Shown: one piece after another, positions 37,953 to 51,400 of the stretch
Numbering within the stretch: the first letter of the stretch is position 1
Layout of the letters: every line of letters starts with the position of its first letter
Assembly (NCBI GenBank): GCA_035084275.1
Contig: CM068744.1
Location: 108,624,001-108,688,000 of the forward strand
From: Hydrolagus colliei
Lineage: Eukaryota
Length of the DNA: 64,000 nucleotides
Direction of reading: 5' to 3'
Made by a program: the position numbers and the translations under genes
The notes under the pieces: generated by a model
Databases searched by the model: none
The model's input: the letters and a program-made list of their open reading frames with translations, nothing else
Told to the model about the DNA's origin: nothing

Positions 37953-40097
37953 TATTAAGGTTTCTATGTGAATTTATAGACAATTCTTCAATCCAGACCT
38001 GAGAAGTAGAGAAGTCCTAACTGGACGAGTACTGTGCTGCATGGTTAACAAATCTTGTTACTCATTTTTATTAAAAAGGAAGAATCATTTTATAAAATGT
38101 ACATGTTTCTTCAGATAAATCCATTTATTCTAACTTTGATCACTCCTGAAGCCTTGAGGCAACATTTTACCATGTGCCTTACTGATATTTAATGTTTGTA
38201 TAAAGCATTGCAATGCTGTACATTGAATTTTTGTCATCAGTTGAGCGAATACAATGAATGCATTAGTTTTTCATCCCCAACATAATGGACAAAGGTTTCC
38301 AAGAGCAATTGTTTTACAATATAATCCATGTAAACCAGGTGCTAAATTTTAAAATTTTCATTGTTACCGATGTGTACAGACTTGTATCTACTGTTGAAAC
38401 ATGGAAATAAGAGTCCATACTTGTGTAATAAAATGCTGAAAGAAAATGCACTGCACAAAAATGCAGAATACAGTATATGATTTAAGCCTAAAAGAAATTT
38501 GATTGACTGCCGCAGTCAATATATAAATATACAGTCAATCCACTGTACAGTATATTCCGTGACGCGCTTTGAGACATCTAGAAGATGTGAAAAGCGCTAT
38601 ATGAAATGTAAGTATTACTATTATAAAGAGATAGCCAAAAAAAAGCTTGAGTGGTTAAATACAACATATTTCTGCATTCCCATTTTCAACAGCTAGTGGT
38701 TATCCATTAGGCAGTTACAAATGTAACAAAGTCAATTAAAGGCATTAGAAATCCATCTACAGTATTTGGTACGAAAATAGAAAAGATTGTGCTTTCAGTT
38801 CAATAAGGAATACCTGTTTATATTCTATTAATGCAACAAGCAAAATCCAAAGATGGCTGAATAAAATTATGCTTCAAACGATATTTGCAAAACTGATTTA
38901 AATACTGCCCCCCAGTCAGCTTTGGATGTTTTCATGCAAAGCCGGACACTATGTCTAATTTATACTGTGTCCATTGTAAAACTGGGCTCAAGACACATGC
39001 TCATGAATGGAGGCTCATGCTGGAGGCTATTGATGGTGGGTCAAAAGGAGCAAAGTGCAAACAATAAACCCGGAGGTTTATTAAATAGGTTGGAGCCAGG
39101 AGAATGAATATGGAACACCAAGGGATGATGGTGAGCACTTAAGAGTGAAGCTTTACACATGTAAAATGATATTTTCAAATGCACAATAGCTTTAACTAAG
39201 AGATAGCAGGAAGTTTGAATGAGATAAGATTTGGGTATGCAAACGTTGGCAATCTACTGCTGATTCTCATATCCCCTAACACCATTGCTTAACATATCAC
39301 AAATAAAACTTTCGCAATACTGGCCATCCTGGATTATGTTTTAATACCTTCATTTTGATCTCACAGACTGAGTAGCTAGAACCAGCACCTCGTTCTTTGC
39401 AGGAGAATTTGAAAAATTACAGAAGTCCAATATGGATTGACCAAACCCGCTGTTCACAGTAGAGGCAGGAGATTTAAACAGGTAGAACAGATCAACAACA
39501 GTGGGCAGGAACGATATCTGGCATAGAAACTCTGTGACAAAAATGAGATGACGACTGTAATAACACACCAAAAGAGTGGCATTCAACACAAGTAGATTGT
39601 ACACTGACTGTTGGTTCGTATTCAATCACAAATTTCTTACAACCCACTTGTGGGAGAGGAAGCATTCACCACACTGCAGAAATTCCCATTTACGACCTGA
39701 CACCCACAGACTTTCTGGAATCCACAGAATTGAAACGTATAATGCCTTCATGGCAAGAACTAATGACAAATAATCCAATTCTCACATCTCAGTCTGGCAC
39801 GTTTCAATATGTCACAATTATCTATAGTAATGAAACAATAATGTGTGTGTCTGTGATGTTATAAATATCTATACTAATATTAAGACAATGTCTCTGCATG
39901 TATCAGTGTAGATCTCAATAGCCGATTCACGTAGAGACGTGATTTATACCTAATCTGAAAGGTCTTGAATGCACCTTTTTGTTGGGTGGAATCTTCTATC
40001 GTTGATGAGCTATATATTTTTTAAATGCTTTAATTAAGCCGCAAAACATGAGATCCACAAAGAGAATCTAAGAACAGCAGCAATTTCAAGTGTTAAT

Positions 40098-40450
40098 AAT
40101 AAAAATAATAATAATCCTTACATTTGATATAGAGCCTTATCATGTCTTTGAGATGTCTCAAAGCGCTTCACATTGTAAAGTGTACTGACTGCATATTTTG
40201 TGGGTGAAACACTGAAGGCAATTGCTTCCAGTTGTGCTGCACAAACAGTGGTGACTGATATTTTGGTCTTTCAATCCACGACTGTTTGTAAGACACCGCT
40301 GATAGTTAAATTAAAAACATTATTTGGACAGGATTAATATGCCCTGAAAAGTGATCTGCCAATCAACTAGCAACCGGGTTCCTATTTACTGCTAGGTGAG
40401 CAGAGATGTGTGTGTAATGTAAGGAGATGTGCTCAACGTTTCACCCTGTT
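40098..40450 (-). mobile_element. SINE, long variant
   Basis: Tail plus CAACCGGGTTCCTATTTACTGCTAGGTGAGCAGAG segment. Confidence 0.68.
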
Positions 40451-41494
40451 GTCTAAATTGGCAGTATGATTTGTATCAATTTGAATGTAGTCAGGCAGAT
40501 GCTGAAAGGAGGAAAAGAATAGGAGGGCATATTTGGAGCTTTGGAGAAAGAATGACTGTGGTACAGTATTAATAAATATAAATATTTATTATGAATAATA
40601 GACAAAGACAAGAAAGGTTCTGGCCAGCATGACAATATACGTGTACAACTAAAACAAATTCAGTTCACAATTGGCTGATTGTTAAGATCAAGGGAACACT
40701 GACTCCCAGGTCACCCTACGGCATTTAATTTTTTTTATTAAAAAAAAGCAATTTAGATATGAGTGTAATAATAATGAATGAGTGTAAAATCAGAAATGAC
40801 CTATTCTCCCTACATAGGCAGCTGCTTTGGATTAAATAGTTCAAAAAGGTACATTTAATGCTTCTTGTATAATGCATGTTGGCTGATGCAAGGCACATAG
40901 TATGTTTCTGAGGTTTTATTATACATAGCTACAGGCTATATATACTGCAGATTACAGTACATTCATTACAATTTTTTGAAAGAACACAAACTGGTACTTT
41001 CTGCTGTGCTTCGGTACAGGGGGAGAGCCTCAAATCACTTTACAACAACCATAGAAATCAAACACGGATGGAATGAGCAGCAAAATGAAGGCGTTCATCA
41101 AAGGCAATCAAAGAGGTAGTGTTTCTTTTAAACAGAAACAAACAGTATAAGAGAAAGGAATTTGAGGAGATAATTCTATAATGCACAATTCCAATTAGTT
41201 GAACAGTTGAAATAGTGCCATTTCCAAACTGGTGGCAATTATTGTATAGTCACATGGGTGTGTATCACATGGGTGACTATAGTATCAATGTGTAAGCTAG
41301 GCAATTTCTAAGATGTTCAGTTTTTAAACCTCAAATAGGATTCAACAACAACAACAAACAACAACAAAATTACATCTATAGAGCACCTTTCACGTCGGGA
41401 GGACGTCCAAAGGTGCTTTTATTCAGCTTACATAAATTTAGCATACTTTGAGTGGGATAATAATATTATTGTTGATCAGAAGATTGATATAGTA

Positions 41495-41830
41495 TAATAA
41501 TAATACATGCACTTGATATAGCACCTCATCATGTCAAAGCAACATCTCAAAGCACTTCACAGGATTTCCATGTAAAGTGCAGTGACTATATTTGAAAGTA
41601 AAAGCGATAGTCAATTTGCACACAGCAATTTTATCTGGGGGAAATATCTGGCCAGGACACCTGGGAGAAATTATCTCTTCTTTTTAACTAGTGCCATTAG
41701 ATCTTTAACATCCACCTGATAAACAGTACAGCATTTCAGACAACACAGTACTGTATTGGAGTGTGAGCTCAGAGTCCTTGTTGATTTGCTGCTTGTATCC
41801 ACAACCTTTTAATACCAGCTGAGCCAGGCT
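41495..41830 (-). mobile_element. Old DeuSINE-like copy
   Basis: GGCCAGGACACCTGGGAGAA..TCTTC..AGTGCCATTAGATCTTTAACATCCACCTGA; related copies at about 43500-43810 and 57750-57890. Confidence 0.62.
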
Positions 41831-44099
41831 GAACAACATCTGAAGCATATTTTCAGATTCCTGAGTCTCCTTTCAACAAAAGGTTATTCCCCCCGCAAAA
41901 AACCCAGTAATAATTTTTCCCAGATTACCAAGCATTTGACCGTTCAGGTCTTCACACCATGGTCAAAGTCAATTATTCAGACAGTAATTCCAATTGTAAG
42001 AAAGCAAAGAAATATCAAACTCGGATATCCTAATTACATTTAAGACTTGCTGAGTGCATAAGCGACAGTTACAGTATCTCACATTATTTAATTGTTACTT
42101 CAATTATGATGAATAAATGCAGTTCTATGTGAATACAGTGAATCAGATGGACTAAGTTAAACGGTGACATGGAATCGTGGTAGGGTAGTTTTATTTTGTT
42201 GGATGGGGCTTCGAAGAAACAGATTTGCTAAGTTGCCCTCACACTTATGGGAACCTCCTGTTTGATGCACAGCAAGTCAGCCCCAAATCAGACACCTGGT
42301 AACTCAGAACCGAGCAATAAGACTAGCATATTTTCTGTTCCACAAACAATTTACAATCAGTTCCCTACTCCTGCTCTGTATCTCCCTAACATCGCCATCA
42401 TCCACAGGTCTGAATATTTATTTTATAGGGCCTCTGATACCATTATAATACTACTTATACAATGATGTCAGATGCTCATGCACGCACACATACACACACA
42501 GACAAAAACACAATCCCAAGGGCAAGTGATGTTTGGGATTGTGGAGGTAATGTACGAGTAAAAAAAACTTCAATAATGCAGCACTATGTCCAGTTTGGCA
42601 TCCCACATACCATCTGGGGAATTATCAAAACAAATGTAGCAGAGAGCAAAAGTGGTAATTGTTCACCACTCTCCTCATCACTTTCATTGTATTGTCACGC
42701 GATCCATTTAACAAGACACCCAGATGTGCAATAATACACAATGACATAACCTGTCTAAATCGAGATATGCGCACTTCGTGCTGGAGTTATTACACATGCA
42801 AAAGGGACAAATGGCGTAAACTGGGAGTCAAATGTATTAGCAGGAAGGGCACTTTTCCCTTGCCAGCCACTCTACTTCAGCTGCTCTTCTTGCTGCTGGA
42901 GACAAAAAAACATGAATTTGCTATAAATCATGGTCAATTGCTTTAAATGAATTGATTGAGGTTCTGAAAACAGACTGCGTCACACCTACAATATATAAAG
43001 CATTGGTGAAGAAGAAAATGCCTATGAAAACCATATATTTTCACGATGGCTGACTGAAACCCATATTAGAGAAAGGACACTTTTTCCTTTTAAGATAACA
43101 AGCTGGAACAGGTCTTGCTATCTTATGGAATGTTACTAGATTTTCACTTAGAAAATTAATCTTTTCCATATGGAGAAAGCACTTGAGTAAAGCTACGGGA
43201 AGCTGACAGAGTTAAGAGACCTTGTTGCATAAAACATAAATGGCTTGCACGTCCTGCCATGCTTTAATTTTGAAAGTTAACGTTTTGCCTTAAATGACAA
43301 GTTTTCAGCTATAAAAAAAATACTAACATTACTTTACATTTAAAACTGCATATTGTCATGCAACAAATCCCCAAGGGCATCCTGCACAGCTAAAGTGAGG
43401 CAATGTTTAGCTGTCATGTTCAGTTATATAATACTGTACATCAAAAACACCTCACAAACAACAGAGAAATATTAGCTAGAACATAATAATAATAATAATA
43501 ATAATAATCCTTATAATGCCTTTCACCTCGGAAAGATGTCCCAAAGAGCTTCACAGGATTTAGTGTGAAGTGAAGTTACTTGTATTTGTAGGGAAATATA
43601 GCAATCCAATTGCATGCAGAAATATCCTATAAACATCCACAAAATTAATCCCTAATTTTATTTGGGAGATTGTTGACCAGGCCCACAGGGGAACTCCCTT
43701 CTCTTTAAAAATCTGAAAAGGCAGATGGCACTTTGGGTTAATGTCTCGTTTGAAAGAAAGATGGCACCTCCAACAATGTTACACACCCCCAGACTGTATT
43801 GGAGTATTCAACAATAACAACATTTTGCTTTGATAATTTCATTCTGGACAACAAAAACTGCCTTTAGTCATAATTACATTTCACGGAAGTTCGAAAAGAA
43901 ATCAGATCAGAATTCCATTGGCTTAGAGAAGACACATCCAGTAGCGTGCAGGATTTGATATTTTCAAATCCTTTACAAATCTGCAAATTACTACCCATCA
44001 GGTTAGTACATTAGGTGGAAATTGGTAGGTGTCAGTGAGTTAGTGTATGCCTCTCTGCCCCTGGCCCTCAGCCTCCTCTTGCTGCAGTTATACAGGTAC

Positions 44100-44370
44100 T
44101 GTTTGCCTTCCAGTAACTTGTTCCAGGAGCCGTTGTTCATATGTATGCCTTGGCAGTGCGTGTAGGCACTTGACTGTAGCCAAGCCTGATCTTTCCCCAC
44201 CTGCCTGATGCAGGTGCACTCACACTTATTCCCTTCCCTGGGAAGGTTAAAGCTAACTTAATTGTAGCCCCCATGCAACTTCAGCTAAAATGAGCAAACA
44301 CAGCACAGATCAGGATTTGAACCAATGAACTCTTGGTCAGCAAGCTGAAGCTCTAACTATACAATCACTG
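44100..44370 (-). mobile_element. Old SINE-like repeat (family B), inverted
   Basis: AGCCAAGCCTGATC...AATTGTAGCCCC...CAGCACAGATCAGGATTTGAACC (B-box-like GGTTCAAATCC on the minus strand). Confidence 0.5.
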
Positions 44371-45574
44371 TTGCTTTTATATTCTTAAAATTTTATGTTA
44401 CAGTGTCTGAAGATTATTTATTATTGCAGGGTGGGTAGAAAGATGGCTATTACTGTCACAAATAAACTTTAATATGCAACTACTAATGAAAAATGTCAAC
44501 TTAACTGCAATAAACAGTCACAATAAAATAATCATGAAATAAACTGAAACTTAATCCATCTGTATCTTTTCACAGACCAATGATTTTCTATTAGAAGCAC
44601 TTAGCTGCTCCCGGACAGGAAACCACAACACAAATTATACGGACGTTATTAACTATTCAGAGATGCAGCAGACACAGAAAGTCTTTTTATTTGTATCAAC
44701 TCATGACTTCAATAGACCTGTTTATCTCTCATTCTACAAGATAAAAGTGTGGATACCCAGAAAAACAGAAATAAATCTTCGGTTAAATTATCTGAAAGAA
44801 ACTTGTAGAATAGTATCACATTTTGGATAAAAAGTTTATATCCATTCCTTACACAATTTCTCTGCATCATATGGGTTGCCTCCAGGCCAGTAGACAGACC
44901 ACTATCATACGATGACGAAGCTGAAATGAACAGGCTGATGATGTATTTTTTAAGACAATTGTGCCTCAACGTGTTAGGATGCATTTCCATTGTTTGGACG
45001 GTTTCCAAAAGTCAAAGACTTAAGACCTTGAAAAGGTTAGTTCTCATAGAACTGAAAGAGGAACAGAGATGAGCTTATTGCTCATGAATGGCCTGTTGAA
45101 GTTATCGTGTTCAGTGCAGGGTGTCTGGCTGCCATTGAAGCCAGGGAACATTGTACGGTATCGGAGAACCAGAAATGAATGAAATTGGGAAACAGATTCA
45201 AATGCATTCTTTAAGAAAACAAAAATATTGGCTCCACATTTAGCTCAATATTTTTCATATTTTCCAATTGATCGCAAACTTGTAGAGAGTACATCGAGCC
45301 TAACCCCCCTCCGCACCCACCCCACCCACAACTCAGGTGATTCTATTTTGAAGGACACTACACACAGAAAGAAGAGCATGCAAACCATTATGCTACAGGA
45401 TTTCTTTTCTTAATCAATTAACTATTAATTGAGGAATTTGGGTAGCCATTGGTATAATTGAAGATGATCCAGGTGGGCGGCGAGGACACGGGGCAGTTGC
45501 TGGACTATTTTTGATTGTTATTGTTTTTGTTGTTAATATTATTGCTTCTGTTGTTTATTGTTCTTGATTTTGTT

Positions 45575-45879
45575 GATTCATAGATGCATAGAATTTTACA
45601 GCACAAAAGGAGGCCATTCGGCCCAAAGAGTCTGTGCCGGCTCTTTGAAAAGAGCGATTCAATCCCACTGCCCTGCCCGCTCCCCATAGCCTAATAGACC
45701 TGTTCTCCCTAAATAAAGATCTAATTCCCTTTTAAAAGTTGTTATCGAATCAGCCTCCACCACCTTTTCAGGCAATGCATTCCAGATTCGAACAACTCAC
45801 TGAGTGAAAAAATTTCTCCTCAGCTCCCCTCTACTTCGCCTTGAAACTATTTTAAATCTGTGACCACGAGTCACAGATT
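45575..45879 (-). mobile_element. Young CR1 3' end
   Basis: Near-identical reverse complement of 14426-14720. Confidence 0.94.
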
Positions 45880-45894
45880 GTTGTTGTTTGATTC

Positions 45895-46100
45895 CAACCC
45901 CTGCCCCCCGGCCTTCCCCTCCCCCTCTTCTTCCCTTACTCCCTTTCACCACTTTCTCTCCCCCCTTTTCCCTTTCTCTCCCTCTTCCTTCTTGCCCTCC
46001 CTCTCTCCCTTGCACCCCTCCCTTTTCCTATCTATTGTTCCCCACCTTCGTTTTCCTCTCCTCCTTTCCTCTTTTCCCCCTTTCTCCCCTGCCCTATTTT
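45895..46100 (+). repeat. Pyrimidine-rich low-complexity tract
   Basis: About 200 nt almost entirely C/T. Confidence 0.85.
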
Positions 46101-48142
46101 CATGACTGTTTGTGGGACACTGCTGTGCGCAATTTGCTGCTTCGTTTCGCCCACAAATATACAGTTAATTTTCCTACTTTCCTTCCCCAAACTTCGTGAA
46201 GCGCTTTGGGACGTCGATAAAATGTGGAAAGCGCTATATAAACTTAGGATTACTTACTTACTACAATTGATGTGGCCTGAGAATAGATTTTAGTTTAATA
46301 AACTGGTTGTCAGAGACATGATGGAAGCCATCACGATGTTCAATAGTACCCAACAAGCCAAACAGAGTTCCACACATCCTTTTGATGTGCCAGGCTGGCT
46401 GGGCTATCATCAGCAGTGCCCTGGTGTAGAGCAGACCGGCTTTGCTCAATAATTGGATTACCAAGACCTCCACAGAAGGCTGGCCCAGGTCCATAATTCC
46501 AATGCCAAGCACATCAAATTGGAGCCAGTTCAGCTCCAGGGAGACTCCTCCATAGACAACTAGGATAACTAAATTAAGCACAACTAATTCTTCATAAATT
46601 TAATGAGCCAAATATGTGGCTTTCAACGATAATTTGATGTTGACAGGTAAGCAAGGCAATGCCCACTTTTCACAACTGGAATAGTGGATTCTGATGAAAA
46701 GCATGAGCTCACAATGATTACTACAGCACTATTACAAAGTACTGTACAGTACTGTTAATCATAAGGTCAACACAATTTTGTTTTGCAAAATTATAACATT
46801 TAATTATTTTCATTATGAACGACTGGAAATTGCTGTACTTTAGGGAGCAGAAAAGGATTTGGTGCTGACAGAGTTAAAATAGTTAAGTACTTCTGGCATA
46901 GTTGTATTGGCATAAAGCCAGAGTACTATTTATCAGTTGTCTGACACAAGGAGTTGTGTGCGTCAGCAGACGTAGTAGGGACCCCCGGCTAATGACTATG
47001 AAGCATGTGTTCCTTATCTGGTAGGAGTTTCAGTTCTTGCCTTATGTTATGGTTTTGTTCACTACTGTGGAAGTTCTAAAAGGAAGGGGGATGGGTCAGG
47101 AAAAGAGGCTACATTTCAGGTCACTGAACTAACACAGGAAGTTACTGTAATACCCAAGAGGAATTTGATCACAGTTAGTCCATTTGTCCGTGCAGGCCAT
47201 TCTGTGCCTTTTGTGAAGAAACTGCTTTCAGACTGACAGCCAGGATTAGGCATAAGGTTTAAAATTACACTAAAATATGAGGCTTTAGTGGCTGGCCTTT
47301 TAAAGCAATGATGGAGCTGGCTATCTTTCTGCACACATGCAACAAATACCAAAAGGCTGCCCATCAAGCTTCTTGCTGTGCTGGTGAGGATTTTAACTCC
47401 CTCACATCACTTTACTCTATTGTACTCAGAAAATATAAAACTAAATAATTGTCTCCTCTGTCCCCAAAAAGCAAGCATGACTATTGCATGTGTTCACTAA
47501 CTGGTTTAAAAATTATTTAATTTACCCTTATTAATGCGAAACCAAGATCACGACACTCCACATAAATCTTGTGTCCCGTGAAGTGCTTTAAGGTGTTCCA
47601 ACAACGTGATAAGGCATGATATCAATATCAAATGTACAGATTTGCATTTAGTACATCATTGAGGTTCGGTTATTGGAATTTTAAGACACCGCCCCACCCC
47701 ACATAAAAAACGCTATATAATGTTGTTGTACTCCAATCTTTAATTGTAATGTTCATCCCACTTACCCGCCAGCTCGTAATCCATAAATTGCAGTTCTATC
47801 CAGCAAAATCTTTGGAGCTCCCCTCTCCAATACGTTCTCAATGATAAAATGTTAAAAGCTCTCAATCATTTGATTTGAAAAGGTTGGTCTGTATTCGTTT
47901 TCCGTTTGTAAAGATTAACTCATTGAAATTAATAGGAAAACAAACTTCCTGTGTACGTTACGTCTAAACTCTAATATGCACTTGCAGCAAAATAAATCAC
48001 ATTAAACAGCAGACAATTTTTAAATATATTTTTGAGGTGAAAAATTATTCTGCTTTCAATGCGAGTGCCATTAAGTATCAATGACTGAATACATTCACAG
48101 GTAATCACTCCCAACATATGAGCAAACTCCTTCATCAAGGAG

Positions 48143-48610
48143 GAGGGACTTCAGCTATGAGGAGAGGCTAGATAGGCTAGGGTTATTCTCTCTGGAGCAG
48201 AGAAGATTGAGGGGAGACCTAATAGAGGTTTATAAGATCATGAGGGGTTTCGACAGGGCAAATAGAGAAAAACTATTTCCACTCGTGGGTGAATCTGTGA
48301 CTAGTGGTCACAGATTTAAAATAGTTTCAAGGCGCAGTAGAGGGGAGCTGAGGAGAAATTTTTTCACTCAGCGAGTTGTTCGAATCTGGAATGCATTGCC
48401 TGAAAAGGTGGTGGAGGCTGATTCGATAACAACTTTTAAAAGGGAATTAGATCTTTATTTAGGGAGAACGGGTCTATTAGGCTATGGGGAGCGGGCAGGG
48501 CAGTGGGATTGAATCGCTCTTTTCAAAGAGCCGGCACAGACTAGATGGGCCGAATGGCCTCCTTTTGTGCCGTAAAATTCTATGATTCTATGATTCTATG
48601 ATTCTATGAT
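48143..48610 (+). mobile_element. Young CR1 3' end
   Basis: One substitution by eye versus 14277-14734; four ATTCTATG tail units. Confidence 0.96.
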
Positions 48611-49441
48611 CAATCTCAGTGTTCAAAACAAAAATAAGCCACCCAAATTTGATCAGAGTGTGGAATGTCATTTCAATTTTTAGTTGTGTAATACACACAG
48701 TATATTAATAACCCTTACATTTCACACAGTGCACACCTTCACTATATTCTCCAGTGAAATTCAAACCAATGATGTGTTTTAATCAGGTGGTGCTTCAACA
48801 CTTAAATTAAGCCCACTGCTAAATCTGGCCATCCTCTGTATGTTATAACACCAGTTTGAATTAAAATTGTAATTAACCCACCACCCACAGTTATTCGGAA
48901 GTACACAGGGCATCACTTAGCGAGGGGGTTAACACAACTGTGTACATTGATGCTGTGAAGCTGATCCCCATTGTCAGTGGGTTGAGGTGTAGGAATGAAT
49001 AGATAAGCTAGGGTTCTTCAGCATTAAAATGGTTCTAAATGGACGGACAAAATAAGCAAAGCAATCATTTCATATACTCTGAGGAGGAAAGGGCACAGGT
49101 TCAAATCTGAGGGGAAGTTATAAGCCAACATAAGAAATTATTTCTTCACATAGAGGTAAATCAACAGCTGGAATGGCTTAGCAGGAAGTTTGGTTGATGC
49201 TCGGATGTTTATGCAGTCATTTAAAAAACAACTTAATGTTGCAATTAGACAATAGTAATGCAGGCATTCTGGAAGGGCATGATGAACTAAGCCAAAGAGT
49301 TTTCTTCCTCTGAGCCATCATGTTGCACAATCCTAAGGTATCATTAGCAACGTTAACTCGAACTTCTGAGTAACACATTTCCTGTCATTTTTCTATGGTT
49401 GTTGTGGTGGAGCAATTGATTTAGGAGTCAATTCAACATTT

Positions 49442-49778
49442 ATAATAATAATCCTTGCATTTGATAGAGCGCTTTCCACATCTTATCAACGTCCCAAAGC
49501 GCTTCACAGAATATACTGTAAAGTGAATTGACTGTATATATTTGTGGGCGAATCGCAGCAGCCAATTGCGCACAGCAGTGTCCCACAAACAGTCGTGGAT
49601 TGAAATGACCAATTTTATTATTGTGTTTTATTTTGAGGGATTATTATTAGGCGTGTGGAGTACGGAAACTTGCCCAAGGTTTCGCCCTGACCTGCCTGGA
49701 TTCGAACACAGGTCTCCCAGCTTGGTTTCCCCAGCTTGCAATACAAGTGCTCTAACCACTGAGCCACAGGAGCTCCAC
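49442..49778 (-). mobile_element. Full-length SINE
   Basis: tRNA-like head (GGCTCAGTGGTTAGAGC...GTTCGAATCC), body and (TTA)n tail. Confidence 0.92.
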
Positions 49779-50419
49779 ACAATGATAGATGACCAGGTGT
49801 GCTGAGATATGCAAGCCCCTTTTTGCCACTCACAATCTCAATGTACATGGAGTTGAATTGCAGCATCTGGCTTATGGCAAAGAACTATCAATTCCTGAAA
49901 TACCAGCTTTTAACTGAATTAAAAACATGACGAATACTGGTATCTAGAGTCAGCAACCGAATATCATGAGCCAGATGTTCAACATTGCGAGGCAGAAGTT
50001 CAAAATTGTCTGCACAGCAGACTTCAAGTGACCGGACTTTCTGGGCTTATTCACAGATACTACCCTGATTCAGAATTAAGCTGTATCCACTGAATAATGC
50101 TTACATTTGATGCAGTGCCTTATCAATCATCAAAACATCTCAAATTATTTCAATGGAATTACACTCTGCCTGAGTATCTGTGCAGCAATGGAGGCAGTGA
50201 GGCTGAAGGTCTGATCGCTGTTGGTGGGGCAGGCAGGGCTGGAGACATGGAGCAAGTGTTTGCCAATCTGAGGACACAGATAGGTTGGGTATGGCTAGAA
50301 AGGCCACTTAAATATGATCTCCTATAATTGGGAATTTAAGTCACAAAACAAGCTCCCTTTATTTTTCAGTCGGGATGAGATGAATTTTAAACCATATTTT
50401 ACCTAAACTCTTTAAATAA

Positions 50420-50662
50420 AGAATGGAATGTGCCTTTCACATCTTCACAGAATGTACTGTAAAGTGAATTGACTATTTTTGTGCGTGAAACGCAGCCATC
50501 GCACAAAGCAGTGTCCAACAAAACAACCAATTTATCATATTTTTTTTGCGGGACTATTATCAGGCATGGAGTAAGGAAACTTACCCAAGGTTTCACCCAC
50601 CTTGCTGGGAATCAAACCCAATTATCTTGCTTGCAAGGCGAGTGCATCAACCACTGAGCTGT
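50420..50662 (-). mobile_element. SINE, degenerate
   Basis: GGAGTAAGGAAACTTACCCAAGG...CCACTGAGCT. Confidence 0.8.
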
Positions 50663-51105
50663 ACATTTATAATACAGTAAGAGAAAAGTTATACAATTGT
50701 ATTAAATCATTGAAGAAGTAGGAAACAATTCAAAGTGACTGTTACACCATTCATTGACATTCTGTTTGAGAGGTCATTTTGAAATTACTACATTCTGAAG
50801 AATATACTCTTAACTAAAGTGTAATTCTAAAAGTTAATGAAAGGGATAAGAATTTATTAAAGAATTGTTTTTACTAAAAAACATCTCTTAATTACACCTG
50901 GTTTTCTACATTTAAAACAATAGTCTATCAGTTTGATTCAGGCAGATCTTTTTGGCACAATCCCTTTCATTACAGGCACAGTTTTCAGCAAAGACAGAAT
51001 AGGAAACAGAATAATACCACTGTGATCTTGTAAAGAACAAATAGACCAGAAGTTATCTGAGTCCTTTACTTTGAACAGCATATGAACAATCCCTTCAGAA
51101 AGATT

Positions 51106-51400
51106 GTGGAGTCCTGTCGCTCAGTGGCTAGAGCACTCACCTAACAAGCAAGAGACCTGAGTTCAATTCCAGGCAAGGTGAAACCTTAAGCAAGTTTCTT
51201 TATTCCACGTGCCTAATAGTAATCCCTCAAAAATAAATAGTTCATTTCAATCCACGACTGTTTGTGGGACACTGCTGCATGCAATTGGTTGCCACGTTAA
51301 GCCCACAAATATACAGTCAATTAACTTTACAATACATTCTGTGAAGCGCTTTGAGGTGTCTAGAAGATGTGAAAAGCGCTATATCAAATGCAAGGATTAT
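51106..51400 (+). mobile_element. Full-length SINE
   Basis: GTGGAGTCCTGTCGCTCAGTGG...GTTCAATTCC...CAAATGCAAGGATTAT. Confidence 0.92.
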
